Shown: positions 8,326-16,966 of the stretch, one piece after another
How positions within the stretch are numbered: the stretch's first letter is position 1
Layout: every line of letters starts with the position of its first letter
From: Candidatus Micrarchaeota archaeon
GTDB lineage: Archaea > Micrarchaeota > Micrarchaeia > Anstonellales > Anstonellaceae
NCBI GenBank assembly: GCA_013331805.1
Contig: DUFS01000021.1
Location: 681 to 18,179, forward strand
DNA length: 17,499 nucleotides
Direction of reading: 5' to 3'
Program-made: the position numbers and the translations under genes
The notes under the pieces: model-generated
Database searches by the model: none
What the model was told of the DNA's origin: nothing
The model's input: only the letters and a program-made list of their open reading frames with translations

Positions 8326-9327
8326 TCAGGGCATGCCAGCGCCCTTAATGGCAAGTGATATCGCGTGGCAATGAAAGCCTGTGGATTCTGAAATGGAAGC
8401 TGAAACCTTGCCTGAGTTTTCCTTGGTGCAAAGCGCAAGAACGGCTCCCCCCTCGCCTCCTCCTCCTGTGAGCTTTGCTCCGAATGCGCCTGCAGAAAGC
8501 GCTACTGACACTGCCCTTTCGATTCCTGCGCTTGACATCTTCCTGTTTTTCAACAGGGCATGGTTTTCACCCATAAGCGCCCCCAGCTCCTCTGCAGTTG
8601 CCTTGCCCATTGATTTTTCGATTTTTTTCCATAAGGGATCGAATTCCTGGCATATTTCCTTGCGTGCCTCCTCGCTTGCCTCATTGGGGCCCCCGATTAT
8701 GCCGAATTGCGAGGCAAATATTTCCAGCATTGCGGATGTGCCCTGTTTTTTCCCCTTGAAAGTGTCGATAAGGAGCAGGGTGGAGCCGGAAGGCAGCGAA
8801 AAATCTGCTGGCTTGGAATTGAATGCAGGGGGCGAGAAGGAACGCCTGAATACTAGCGGGCAGCCGAAGCTCACAGTCTTGGCGTCAATCCCAGAAGCCC
8901 TGCCGCCGTGGGCAATGAGGTCTCCCGCCTGAGCGGCACTGAAAATTTCCTCCGCTGACGGTTTCTTTCCTGCGAGCTTGAAAAGTCCTGCGGCAAAGGC
9001 AGCGCAAAGCGAGGCGCTTAATCCCGCGCCCTTCAGGTTCCAGGATGGCTTGAAGGAAACTGTGCAAGTTGGAATTCTCCCTTTTGGAAAAATTGCATTG
9101 GCAACCGGGTGGTATATGCCAAGCTCGCGCTGGCCTTCAAACCTGCCGTCTTCGGATATTGCCGCGTCTCCTAAGGCTGAATGCATGGAAATTCCACTGC
9201 CCTCAAAATCAGCAAACTCTACGATGTTCCGAGGCTCGATGGCAATCGAAAGCGCAGGCGAGCCGTAAACCACATAGTGCTCGCCAAATAGGATCGCCTT
9301 GCAGGGCGCGGAGGCTGTGAAGCGCAT
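8326..9327 (-). CDS. mvk: Mevalonate kinase (GHMP kinase)
   Basis: Motifs APCKAILFGEHYVVYGSPAL, GAGLSAS (ATP-loop variant), HGGRASGID, LMGENHALL and GAKLTGGGGEGG. Confidence 0.85.
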   Translation of the reverse strand: MRFTASAPCKAILFGEHYVVYGSPALSIAIEPRNIVEFADFEGSGISMHSALGDAAISEDGRFEGQRELGIYHPVANAIFPKGRIPTCTVSFKPSWNLKGAGLSASLCAAFAAGLFKLAGKKPSAEEIFSAAQAGDLIAHGGRASGIDAKTVSFGCPLVFRRSFSPPAFNSKPADFSLPSGSTLLLIDTFKGKKQGTSAMLEIFASQFGIIGGPNEASEEARKEICQEFDPLWKKIEKSMGKATAEELGALMGENHALLKNRKMSSAGIERAVSVALSAGAFGAKLTGGGGEGGAVLALCTKENSGKVSASISESTGFHCHAISLAIKGAGMP

Positions 9328-9348
9328 GCTTGAAACTTGTGGCGCAGC

Positions 9349-9357
9349 TTATTTAAT
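9349..9357. promoter_or_regulatory. Shared AT box between divergent mvk and the small membrane ORF
   Basis: TTATTTAAT is centred in a 52-bp gap, about 22-31 bp from ATG 9327 (-) and ATG 9380 (+). Confidence 0.5.
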
Positions 9358-9379
9358 GAATTCTTTGCAAAGGACGGCT

Positions 9380-9544
9380 ATGGACGATGTGACTCTCCTG
9401 GTGGCGTTTTCCTGCCTGGCGCTTGCAGCCCTGGTTTACCTCATGTGGCGCTCTGCCACTGGCGCAAGCTGGCAGGAGCTCACGCACAGGGAGAAAAAGC
9501 GCTGGCGGCTGGAAGAGGAAAAGTTGAAGGAAAAGGGAAATTGA
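9380..9544 (+). CDS. Small single-pass membrane protein (54 aa)
   Basis: MDDVTLLVAFSCLALAALVYLMW is a hydrophobic helix followed by a charged tail. The ORF fills the gap and has a TATA at the expected distance. Confidence 0.65.
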   Translation: MDDVTLLVAFSCLALAALVYLMWRSATGASWQELTHREKKRWRLEEEKLKEKGN

Positions 9545-9568
9545 AGGGGGCCTTCTTGGGGCGTTCAA

Positions 9569-10330
9569 ATGAAAAAAAGGGAAACAAAACCAGTTACAAA
9601 GGAGAAGGCAGCGCCAGTGCACACGCTGCTTAAGTGGTGGGGCGGGCTGGAGTCGCTGTACCACCGTCTTCCCAAACTGCCCTTTATTGACAAGGACACT
9701 TCCGCTATACTGATTATTTCCCTCCTTCTCTACGCTCTCTTTGTTGCAGCGGCGTATTTTTCCGGCCCGCAGGAGGAGCTGCATGCAATCATAATGGAAG
9801 GCCATCTTGCAAAGAATTCCCAGCTTGCCCTTCTTCCTGGCGAAAATTACGTTTACGAAATATCGGCTGGGGGCAGCCAGGCGCGCCTGAGCTACGAAGT
9901 GCGCTCCTCTTCGGAATGCCCTGGCACATTGGTGGTCGAATCAAGCGAAGAGGGCTTGCAGAATTCCGCTTGCATAAACCGGCAGGGAAACCTCGAAGGC
10001 GACCCATTCCAGCTCAACTCCAGCCTGGGAAACAAGTCCTTGCTCCTTTTTTCCCCCTGGATGCTTGCAGTCTCGGAAGATTTCAGCTGGCAGGTACAGA
10101 ACACCATTTCAACAGGCTCGGCAAATATCGACATGCCTTTGAATTTCAGGTCCTTTGGTGCAAAAGAGGTCGCAGGAAGAAGAGCATATGAAATCTCAGT
10201 GCGTTCGGATTTCACTCCGCAGTTGAAATATCTTGTCGACTCTGAAAAAAGGATCCTTATTCTCGCAGAATTCACAAACGCATCGGCAAGGCTGGTTCAG
10301 GCCCCATTTCCATTGAACTGGACAAAATAA
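9569..10330 (+). CDS. Hypothetical membrane-anchored protein with a probable extracellular beta-rich domain
   Basis: 253-aa ORF with one TM segment (AILIISLLLYALFVAAAYF), a Cys pair and several N-x-S/T sequons. Confidence 0.7.
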   Translation: MKKRETKPVTKEKAAPVHTLLKWWGGLESLYHRLPKLPFIDKDTSAILIISLLLYALFVAAAYFSGPQEELHAIIMEGHLAKNSQLALLPGENYVYEISAGGSQARLSYEVRSSSECPGTLVVESSEEGLQNSACINRQGNLEGDPFQLNSSLGNKSLLLFSPWMLAVSEDFSWQVQNTISTGSANIDMPLNFRSFGAKEVAGRRAYEISVRSDFTPQLKYLVDSEKRILILAEFTNASARLVQAPFPLNWTK

Positions 10331-10337
10331 GGCGGGG

Positions 10338-11942
10338 CTACTTTTTCCTATCCAGGCAGGCTTTCACGAAATCGACAAACAGGGGCGCTGGCCTCTCAAG
10401 CCGGGATTTAAGCTCGGGATGGGCTTGCGTGCCCACGCCCCAGCCTTCTGGCCACTCAATTACCTCCACAATGTTTCCGTCCGGCGAGGTTCCTGAAATA
10501 ACCAGCCCGGATTCGGAAAGCTTGCCAACAAAATCGTTGTTAACCTCGTATCGGTGGCGGTGCCGCTCAGAAATGTTTTCAGTGCCATATGCAGCGTGAG
10601 CTCTTGTGCCCTTTTTCAGCCTGCATTCCCAGGCACCCAGGCGCTGGTTTGCCCCCTTGTCCTTCACCCCTCGCTGCTCGGGCAGGAAATCGATGACAGG
10701 GAAAGGCGTGTTAGGGTCTATTTCGGTGGTGTGCGCTTTTTCCATCCCTGCGCAGTTCCTTGCCCATTCTATGACCGCCATCTGCAATCCGTAACACAAG
10801 CCCAGGAAAGGCATCTTGTTTTCGCGCGCGTATTTTATGCACGCCATTTTCCCCCCGGTTCCCCTGCTTCCGTAGCCCCCGGGCACGATTATCCCTTCGC
10901 AGCCCTGCAGAAGCTCCTTTGCAGAGGCTTTTCCGTCGTCTATTTCAGATGTTTCCACCCACTTGATATTCACTTTCGCGGAATTGCTTGCGCCAGCGTG
11001 CACCAGGGCCTCCTTTATGCTCACGTAAGCGTCCTTGACAGCCGTGTATTTTCCCGTTATCGCCACCGTGATTTCCTTTTTCGGGTTCCTGATTTTCTCA
11101 ACGAGGGATTTCCACTGCTTCATGTCCTCCTCCTTTTCGGCTATCTCGAGCTCGGAGAGGAGGAGTTCTGTCATCTTCTGCTTTTCCAGCACCATGGGAA
11201 GCTCGTAAATGGTGTCAATCATGGGATCGTCGAAAACGTTTGCCGCAGGCACGTTGCAGAACATAGAAATCTTCTCCCTTGCCTCCCTTGTCAGGGGCTC
11301 GTCCTGCCTGCAGACAATTATTTTCGGCTGTATGCCCATGGATTGTATGAGCTTGTTCGCGTGCTGCGTGGGCTTGGTCTTAAGCTCGCCTTCGGAAAGC
11401 GAGGGCACGAAGGTGAGCTGTATGAAAAGAACCTTCTCCTCGTTTGCGAACTGCCTCATTGCCTCCAGGAAGTAGCCGTTCTCCAGGTCGCCAACCGTTC
11501 CCCCTACCTCGATTATCACCACATCCGAGTCCTGCTCCTCGCCGACCTTTTTCACCCAGCTTTTTATCTCGTCGGTCAGGTGTGGCACTATCTGGACGTC
11601 CCTGCCCAAAAAGCCGCCCTTCCTTTCCTTTTCAATAATGTTCCTGAAGAGCTTGCCTCCTGTTATGCTGTTCCTGCCAACCAGGTCGATGTTCAGGAAA
11701 CGCTCGTAGGTTCCGAAGTCCATGTCGCACTCTGTGCCGTCGTCCAGCACAAACACCTCGCCGTGCCTGAAGGGGTTCATAGTGCCGCAGTCCACGTTCA
11801 GGTAGCCGTCGAACTTTATCGGGGATATTTTCAGGCCCTTGGACTGGAGGAGCTTTGCAATGGAGGCGGTCAGTATCCCCTTTCCCAGGCCCGACATCAG
11901 CGAGCCTAAGACGACAATGTATTTCCTTGATTTAAGCCGCAT
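10338..11942 (-). CDS. pyrG: CTP synthase
   Basis: Motifs SGLGKG, YLNVDCGTMNPFRHGEVFV, EVGGTVGD, KTKPTQH, glutaminase GLCYG, ERHRHRYEVN and QAHPE. ATG 11942 lies downstream of a TATA box. Confidence 0.97.
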   Translation of the reverse strand: MRLKSRKYIVVLGSLMSGLGKGILTASIAKLLQSKGLKISPIKFDGYLNVDCGTMNPFRHGEVFVLDDGTECDMDFGTYERFLNIDLVGRNSITGGKLFRNIIEKERKGGFLGRDVQIVPHLTDEIKSWVKKVGEEQDSDVVIIEVGGTVGDLENGYFLEAMRQFANEEKVLFIQLTFVPSLSEGELKTKPTQHANKLIQSMGIQPKIIVCRQDEPLTREAREKISMFCNVPAANVFDDPMIDTIYELPMVLEKQKMTELLLSELEIAEKEEDMKQWKSLVEKIRNPKKEITVAITGKYTAVKDAYVSIKEALVHAGASNSAKVNIKWVETSEIDDGKASAKELLQGCEGIIVPGGYGSRGTGGKMACIKYARENKMPFLGLCYGLQMAVIEWARNCAGMEKAHTTEIDPNTPFPVIDFLPEQRGVKDKGANQRLGAWECRLKKGTRAHAAYGTENISERHRHRYEVNNDFVGKLSESGLVISGTSPDGNIVEVIEWPEGWGVGTQAHPELKSRLERPAPLFVDFVKACLDRKK

Positions 11943-11967
11943 ACGGGAACACACTACCGCAGTCATC

Positions 11968-11976
11968 TTTTTATAT
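11968..11976 (-). promoter_or_regulatory. TATA box for pyrG
   Basis: Minus-strand ATATAAAAA lies 26-34 bp upstream of ATG 11942. Confidence 0.6.
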
Positions 11977-11979
11977 CTG

Positions 11980-12247
11980 CTTGCAACTCGATTTCTCTCG
12001 TTGCAAGTCTGAAAAAATCGCAGATTTTTTCACCTGATTTTTCACCCCGAAGGTGGTTTCCACGGCATAAAATCGGGGTGCGTTCTTTTTGCGAAATTGG
12101 CGTTCGCATGCGGAATTGCATAACAAGGCGCGCCAAACCGCTGGTTTCTTATAGCCTTGTGCGCACACCACTTAAGAGAAAACAGCTTGGCTAATTTTAA
12201 GTTGTGCACAGCCCTCGCTTGCGCTTTGGGCTGTAAGGAAAACAGCT
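11980..12247. other. Hairpin-rich intergenic region upstream of the DEAD-box helicase
   Basis: It contains several perfect inverted repeats, e.g. TGAAAAAATC-GCA-GATTTTTTCA at 12010-12032 and CACCCCGA/TCGGGGTG at 12043-12080, plus a duplicated GAAAACAGCT. Confidence 0.5.
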
Positions 12248-12274
12248 GAAGCGGTTGCCAAGGGGTGTGAGAAA

Positions 12275-13648
12275 GTGGAATTTGGGAAACTGGGCGTAAG
12301 CCCTGCCATAATGAAGGCAATAACAGAGATGGGCTTCAAGGAGCCAACTCCTATTCAGGAGCAGGGAATACCTCTGCTTTTGCAGGGGGAAGACATCATA
12401 GGCCAGGCGCAGACAGGGACCGGCAAAACAGCCGCGTTCGGAATCTGCATACTGGAGCGCATTATTTCCAAGCCTGCGCAGGCGCGCAAGGTCAGGGCGC
12501 TGGTGCTTGCCCCAACGCGCGAGCTTGCTGTGCAGATAACAGGCGAAATACAGAAAATCGGAAAGTACGTTGATGCGCGGGTGCTTGCTGTTTATGGCGG
12601 CCAGGACATTGAAAAGCAGCTTGGCCCATTGCATTCCGGCGTGGACGTGGTGGTTGGCACCCCTGGCCGGCTGCTGGACCACATAGAGCGGGGCACCCTC
12701 AGGCTCGATCATGTCGAAGTGGTCGTGCTGGACGAGGCTGACAGGATGCTGGACATGGGCTTTATCGAGGACATAGAGAAAATACTGCAAAAAACGCCAA
12801 CTTCCAGGCAGACTCTCCTATTTTCCGCAACCATGCCGCACGAAATAAACCAGCTTGGGAAAAGATACCTCAAGTCCCCGCAGGAAATCCGCGTTTCCGA
12901 GGACTCGCTTTCAGTGAAGAACATCAAGCAATACTATGTCGAAGTTTCCAAGTTCGATAGATTAAACGCGCTTCTCATAATGCTTTCGCAGAAAAAGCCG
13001 CACCTTGCGCTCATTTTCGTGAGGACCAAGCGCGGGGCTGACAGATTGAACGAAATACTGCTTGACCGCGGCTTCCACTCGCTTGCGCTGCACGGGGACA
13101 TGTCCCAGAACAAGCGCGACCGGTCCATGGAGGCATTCAGGAAAAAGCACATCAACATACTGGTTGCTACTGACCTTGCCTCCCGCGGGCTGGATGTGAC
13201 CGACATTTCGCACGTCATCAACTTTGACACAACCGACGACCCCTACACCTATGTGCACAGGATAGGCAGGACGGGCAGGATGGGGAAGAACGGGGAGGCG
13301 ATATCCTTCGTGTTCTTTGACCAGTCCAGCCTGGTGGGCATACTGGAAAAGGTGTCTGACAGCAAGATCGAGCAGATAAAGATGGAAATCAAGCCCGAGC
13401 TTCTTCCCAAAAGGGTCCGTTTCACTCCGCATGCCGATGAGGGGAGGGGCAGGGGGGGGCGCTTTGGCTCCGAAGGCCATGGAAGACCAGGCTCTTCCCG
13501 CGGCTCATTTTCAAGGGGCGGCTCACGCGAGGGCGGAAGAGGCGGCCCAAGGGGAGGCTCGCGCGGGGGAAGGAGGGATTCCAACCGCCGCGAAGCAAGC
13601 AAGGACATCCATTCCCGCGGGCACCAGTACTTCGGCAGGCGAGGTTGA
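12275..13648 (+). CDS. DEAD-box RNA helicase with RGG-rich C-terminal tail
   Basis: Q motif GFKEPTPIQ, then GTGKT, PTRELA, TPGR, DEAD, SAT, HGD, RGLD and YVHRIGRTGR. GTG start after an SD-like GGGGTGTG. Confidence 0.95.
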   Translation: MEFGKLGVSPAIMKAITEMGFKEPTPIQEQGIPLLLQGEDIIGQAQTGTGKTAAFGICILERIISKPAQARKVRALVLAPTRELAVQITGEIQKIGKYVDARVLAVYGGQDIEKQLGPLHSGVDVVVGTPGRLLDHIERGTLRLDHVEVVVLDEADRMLDMGFIEDIEKILQKTPTSRQTLLFSATMPHEINQLGKRYLKSPQEIRVSEDSLSVKNIKQYYVEVSKFDRLNALLIMLSQKKPHLALIFVRTKRGADRLNEILLDRGFHSLALHGDMSQNKRDRSMEAFRKKHINILVATDLASRGLDVTDISHVINFDTTDDPYTYVHRIGRTGRMGKNGEAISFVFFDQSSLVGILEKVSDSKIEQIKMEIKPELLPKRVRFTPHADEGRGRGGRFGSEGHGRPGSSRGSFSRGGSREGGRGGPRGGSRGGRRDSNRREASKDIHSRGHQYFGRRG

Positions 13649-13696
13649 GCGCTGGTTTTTTAATTTCCGCAGCCGTTTTACTTTCGTGGTGGATTA

Positions 13697-13993
13697 GTGG
13701 GATTCGTGAACGAGTTCATGACTTTCCTGAACAAAAACAAAGTGGTCGGGCTCGCGGTCGCATTCATAATGGGCGGCGCGGCATCCAAGCTGGTCAGCGC
13801 TCTTGTGGCTGACATAATAATGCCCGTAATAGGCGTTCTCATTCCAGGTGGCGACTGGAGGGCCATTCCGCTGCAGGTGGGGCCGGTGAAATTCCTGATC
13901 GGCGACTTTGCAGGCGCGCTGATTGACTTTGTGATAATCGCGCTCGTCATCTTCCTGATCGTCAAGTATATGGTCAAGGAAGACGCAAAGTGA
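13697..13993 (+). CDS. mscL: Large-conductance mechanosensitive channel MscL-family protein
   Basis: EF..FL....VVGLAVAFIMGGA..KLVSALVADIIMP.IG and G.F.GALIDFVIIALVIFLIVK match TM1 and TM2 of MscL. Confidence 0.9.
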   Translation: MGFVNEFMTFLNKNKVVGLAVAFIMGGAASKLVSALVADIIMPVIGVLIPGGDWRAIPLQVGPVKFLIGDFAGALIDFVIIALVIFLIVKYMVKEDAK

Positions 13994-14041
13994 GCCGCAC
14001 AATATAATCAGTGATTTAAACCCTGCCGCAAACAATTTGCC

Positions 14042-15157
14042 ATGCGCTTTGTTGCGGCAGCGGTCCTTCTTTTTCTTTCCATTTGCTTAGCAGCGCCAAT
14101 GCTCCGCGCCGAGGAAAACCAAACCGAGCTTCCGCCTTCCGTTCCAACAGACGAAAGTCCTATTGTAGCCCGGGCGCTTTACTCAAACGGCTCGCCAATG
14201 CAGGGGGCGTTCCTGGTTCTTCTCGCGCGCTCCAATTCCTCCGACACAGTCTACCGGCTGATTACCGACCAGGGGGGGAGGTTCATACTGGCTTTGGGAA
14301 AGGGCGCCTATGAGCTTGATGCGTTGTATGACAGGGAGGAAACAGCGGGAATGGATTATGCGGCAACCGCCATTATTCCTTCTGGCTCAAACGCAAATGC
14401 CACGCTGATATTCTACCCGGCTGGCAGCTTGTCGGGCAGGGTGCTTTACAAGGGGGCGCCTGCGGCAGGCGCAAGGGTGCGGGTAGCCTGCCCATCCAAT
14501 TCTTTCGATTATTCCAGGATAAACGGAGGGGTGGAGGTCAAGTCAGGTGAGGCAGGGGACTTTCTCTTCCGTGCCCTTCCCACAGGCGCATGCACTGTTT
14601 CGGCTTCCACCAATTCGCACGCAGGATCGGCAGATTCCGCGATAACACATGGCAAAACTGCATCGCTGCAATTGGAATTGGAAGACAAGGCAGATGAGCC
14701 GGATATGCTTTCACTTGCCGCGATAGTGATCGTCCTTTTGGTGGCGGTCATTGTGCTTCTCCTTTTCTTATTAAAGCGCTTTTTCGGAAAAGACGCCTAT
14801 CCGCAAATGGAGGGCTATATTCCGGAAAAAACAGTGCCTGAAAGCCGCCCTGTTCCAAAACCAACTGCCGCAGCCCAGAAGGATATTGTCGAGGAAAAGG
14901 AAGAAAGCATATTCGCCCTTTCCAATCCAAGGGCAAAAGCCGTCCTTTCCACCCTTCCTGACCGCGAAAAGGAAATCCTGAAATTCCTCTTCAAGAGCAA
15001 CGGCAGGTCCAAGCGATCCACCATACAGCACAAGCTCCTTATTCCAAAGACCAGCCTGCTGCGAAACCTGCGCTCGCTTGAGCGGAAAAGGATAGTGAAG
15101 CTCACTCCATTTGGCAGGAACCTGGTCGCGGAAGTTGACGAAACCCTGTTCCGCTGA
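14042..15157 (+). CDS. Membrane-anchored transcription regulator: signal peptide, two carboxypeptidase-regulatory-like beta-sandwiches, TM helix, C-terminal winged HTH
   Basis: N-terminal signal peptide. TDQGGRF...GAYEL and GSLSGRV...GARV...GDFLFRALPTG..TVSAS repeats. TM LAAIVIVLLVAVIVLLLFLL. wHTH LPDREKEILKFL...IPKTSLLRNLRSLERKRIV.L...GRN (COG2512-like). Confidence 0.8.
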   Translation: MRFVAAAVLLFLSICLAAPMLRAEENQTELPPSVPTDESPIVARALYSNGSPMQGAFLVLLARSNSSDTVYRLITDQGGRFILALGKGAYELDALYDREETAGMDYAATAIIPSGSNANATLIFYPAGSLSGRVLYKGAPAAGARVRVACPSNSFDYSRINGGVEVKSGEAGDFLFRALPTGACTVSASTNSHAGSADSAITHGKTASLQLELEDKADEPDMLSLAAIVIVLLVAVIVLLLFLLKRFFGKDAYPQMEGYIPEKTVPESRPVPKPTAAAQKDIVEEKEESIFALSNPRAKAVLSTLPDREKEILKFLFKSNGRSKRSTIQHKLLIPKTSLLRNLRSLERKRIVKLTPFGRNLVAEVDETLFR

Positions 15158-15170
15158 CTTTTACGCCGTG

Positions 15171-15318
15171 AAATCTTTTTGAAAAAGCCATCGGGCCGCG
15201 AAAGCTTTATATATGGACTCCGGTTGCGTTCCGCAAACTCTTTTTAAGCAAAGTTCAGCGCAGCAATGACCAGCACGGGCGCGATGCCCATGCGGATGAA
15301 TTTCAAAAAGATTTGAAA
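15171..15318. repeat. 14-bp perfect inverted repeat and palindromic operator-like sites
   Basis: AAATCTTTTTGAAA (15171-15184) is the exact reverse complement of TTTCAAAAAGATTT (15301-15314). 15301-15318 is also the palindrome TTTCAAA-N4-TTTGAAA. Confidence 0.7.
15197..15214 (+). promoter_or_regulatory. BRE-TATA promoter for the downstream surface-protein operon
   Basis: Purine-rich CGCGAAAG is followed closely by TTTATATAT (15206-15214). Confidence 0.65.
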
Positions 15319-15330
15319 GGGGTGTGTGGA

Positions 15331-16956
15331 ATGGAAAACAATGCAGCAAAAGTGATGTTCGTTATGCTTGCGCTTTTCGCGCAAGTGTTCGCAGCAAGCT
15401 CGGACGCGCTCAATCAGGCAACCGTCAACCCGAAGGTGGAGGTGACGGCCTACGCAGAGCCTTCCGAAGTGGCTCTTTACAGCCCGTTTTTGGTCACAGG
15501 CAAGATAGCATATTTAGCTGACGGCGCATACATTGACTCTGTTTCCAACCAGCTGAAGCTCAAGGTGGTGACCACCTTCGCAACCGGTAATTATCTCAAG
15601 GCAGCAGGAAACAAGATTTCCCTTGCTGCGGACGACGAAGGAATAATCGAAAAGGTCGTAAATATTGTAAGCGGCAGGGTGCAGACAAAAAAGGTCGCGG
15701 ACGAGGATGCCGCAGTTGGCCAGGGCTCTGACTCTGAGAAGGAAAAGCGGGCTTCAAGCGTTGTTTCGGTTGTGCCTTCTGGCGCCCAGGCGAAAAAAGC
15801 GCAGGAGCGAATCGAGTACATCACGCTTGGGCCTGGCGAATCTACAACTGTGTCAGCTTATTTCACGGCAGACAAGCCCGGCACCCAGTTTGCCACTGTC
15901 AGCGTTTACAAAGTTTCCGGTGTTTGCCCATCCAACTGGGCGCCTTGTTATGAAGACGAAACGCTGCTTCGCCAGTCCACTGTCAAGGTCAAGGTAAACA
16001 ACCAGCCTTCAGATGACAGCGCCCCTCCCCTTCCTCCGGAGGAGTCAGGCAGTGCAGCCAGAACGATTAAGGTAAAATCTGGCTGGAACATGGTGTCTGT
16101 CCCAGTGAATGCGAAGATTTCAATGTCCGACCTTTCGAACCAATGCGGCACCTCTCCTTATGCCTGGCGCTTGTCGCAGTCAGGATATGTGAAGGAGGAC
16201 ACGCTTGCGCCAGGAATCGGCTACTGGGTGAAAGGCACCAGGGAGTGCTCCTTTGCAGTTGCGGGCAGCCTTATTGAGCCAGGCGAAATCGCGCTCTTTT
16301 CAGGCTGGAACCTGGTGGGTGCCTTTGGAAAGGAAGTGTCAATTGCAGATTACGCTGGAAGCTGCAGCATAACAGGCGGCCCGTGGTATTACGGCAGCAA
16401 CTCTGCGGCAGATAGTGCAAACCCCTATGTTTACTCTTCCTCGCTTGAGCCCGGCAAGGCCTATTGGATCAAAGTGCCCTCTTCGTGCAAACTCGGTAAG
16501 GGCGAGCAGCCCCCGCCTCCGCCTTCAGGAAACCAGGCCCCGGTGATAACTGGCGTTTCCGGTCCAAGCAGCCTCAAGGTGGGTGAACAGGGAACCTGGT
16601 CGGTATCTGCGTATGACCCAGAAGGGAAGCAGCTATCATACTATGTCACATGGGGCGATGAATCTTCAGGATCTGGCGCAGGCCAGCTCATAGCGGCTAG
16701 CCAGACTGCAACCCTGACACACATATACTATACCGCAGGCAATTTTCGCCCAACCTTCAAGGTGGCGGACAGCCAGGGGGCAAGCGCGACCGCAACCGTG
16801 AGCGTGAATGTGGCAGGGAATTTCACGGTTTGCCCCTCGCCTGTGATCCCGACCTGCGCAAGCGGTTTTGACGCTTACAAATACAAAGACAACGCAGGCT
16901 GCGACCGATACGGATGCGCCAGGGTGCTTCAGCAGCAAGAGTCAGCTGCGCAGTAA
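15331..16956 (+). CDS. Secreted modular surface protein (two GWN..GYW repeats, PKD domain, Cys-rich tail)
   Basis: Signal peptide. GWNMVSVP...GIGYWVK and GWNLVGAF...GKAYWIK repeats. PKD-like NQAPVI...AYDPEG..LSY.VTWGD...THIY.TAGNF...KVADSQG. Pro-rich linkers. SD-like GGGGTGTG before ATG 15331. Confidence 0.8.
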   Translation: MENNAAKVMFVMLALFAQVFAASSDALNQATVNPKVEVTAYAEPSEVALYSPFLVTGKIAYLADGAYIDSVSNQLKLKVVTTFATGNYLKAAGNKISLAADDEGIIEKVVNIVSGRVQTKKVADEDAAVGQGSDSEKEKRASSVVSVVPSGAQAKKAQERIEYITLGPGESTTVSAYFTADKPGTQFATVSVYKVSGVCPSNWAPCYEDETLLRQSTVKVKVNNQPSDDSAPPLPPEESGSAARTIKVKSGWNMVSVPVNAKISMSDLSNQCGTSPYAWRLSQSGYVKEDTLAPGIGYWVKGTRECSFAVAGSLIEPGEIALFSGWNLVGAFGKEVSIADYAGSCSITGGPWYYGSNSAADSANPYVYSSSLEPGKAYWIKVPSSCKLGKGEQPPPPPSGNQAPVITGVSGPSSLKVGEQGTWSVSAYDPEGKQLSYYVTWGDESSGSGAGQLIAASQTATLTHIYYTAGNFRPTFKVADSQGASATATVSVNVAGNFTVCPSPVIPTCASGFDAYKYKDNAGCDRYGCARVLQQQESAAQ

Positions 16957-16966
16957 GGGTGTGCCG

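Noticed and set aside
10554..11909. 451-aa ORF on the + strand
   Set aside because: It is the antisense shadow of pyrG and has no recognisable motifs.
12056..12080. ORB-like sequence (TTTCCAC...GGGG) suggesting a replication origin
   Set aside because: It is a single weak match lacking the GAAA core, and there is no adjacent orc1/cdc6 gene.
13441..13459. G-rich tract GGGGAGGGGCAGGGGGGGG (possible G-quadruplex or slippage site)
   Set aside because: It is explained by Gly/Arg codons of the RGG tail, and the reading frame is intact.
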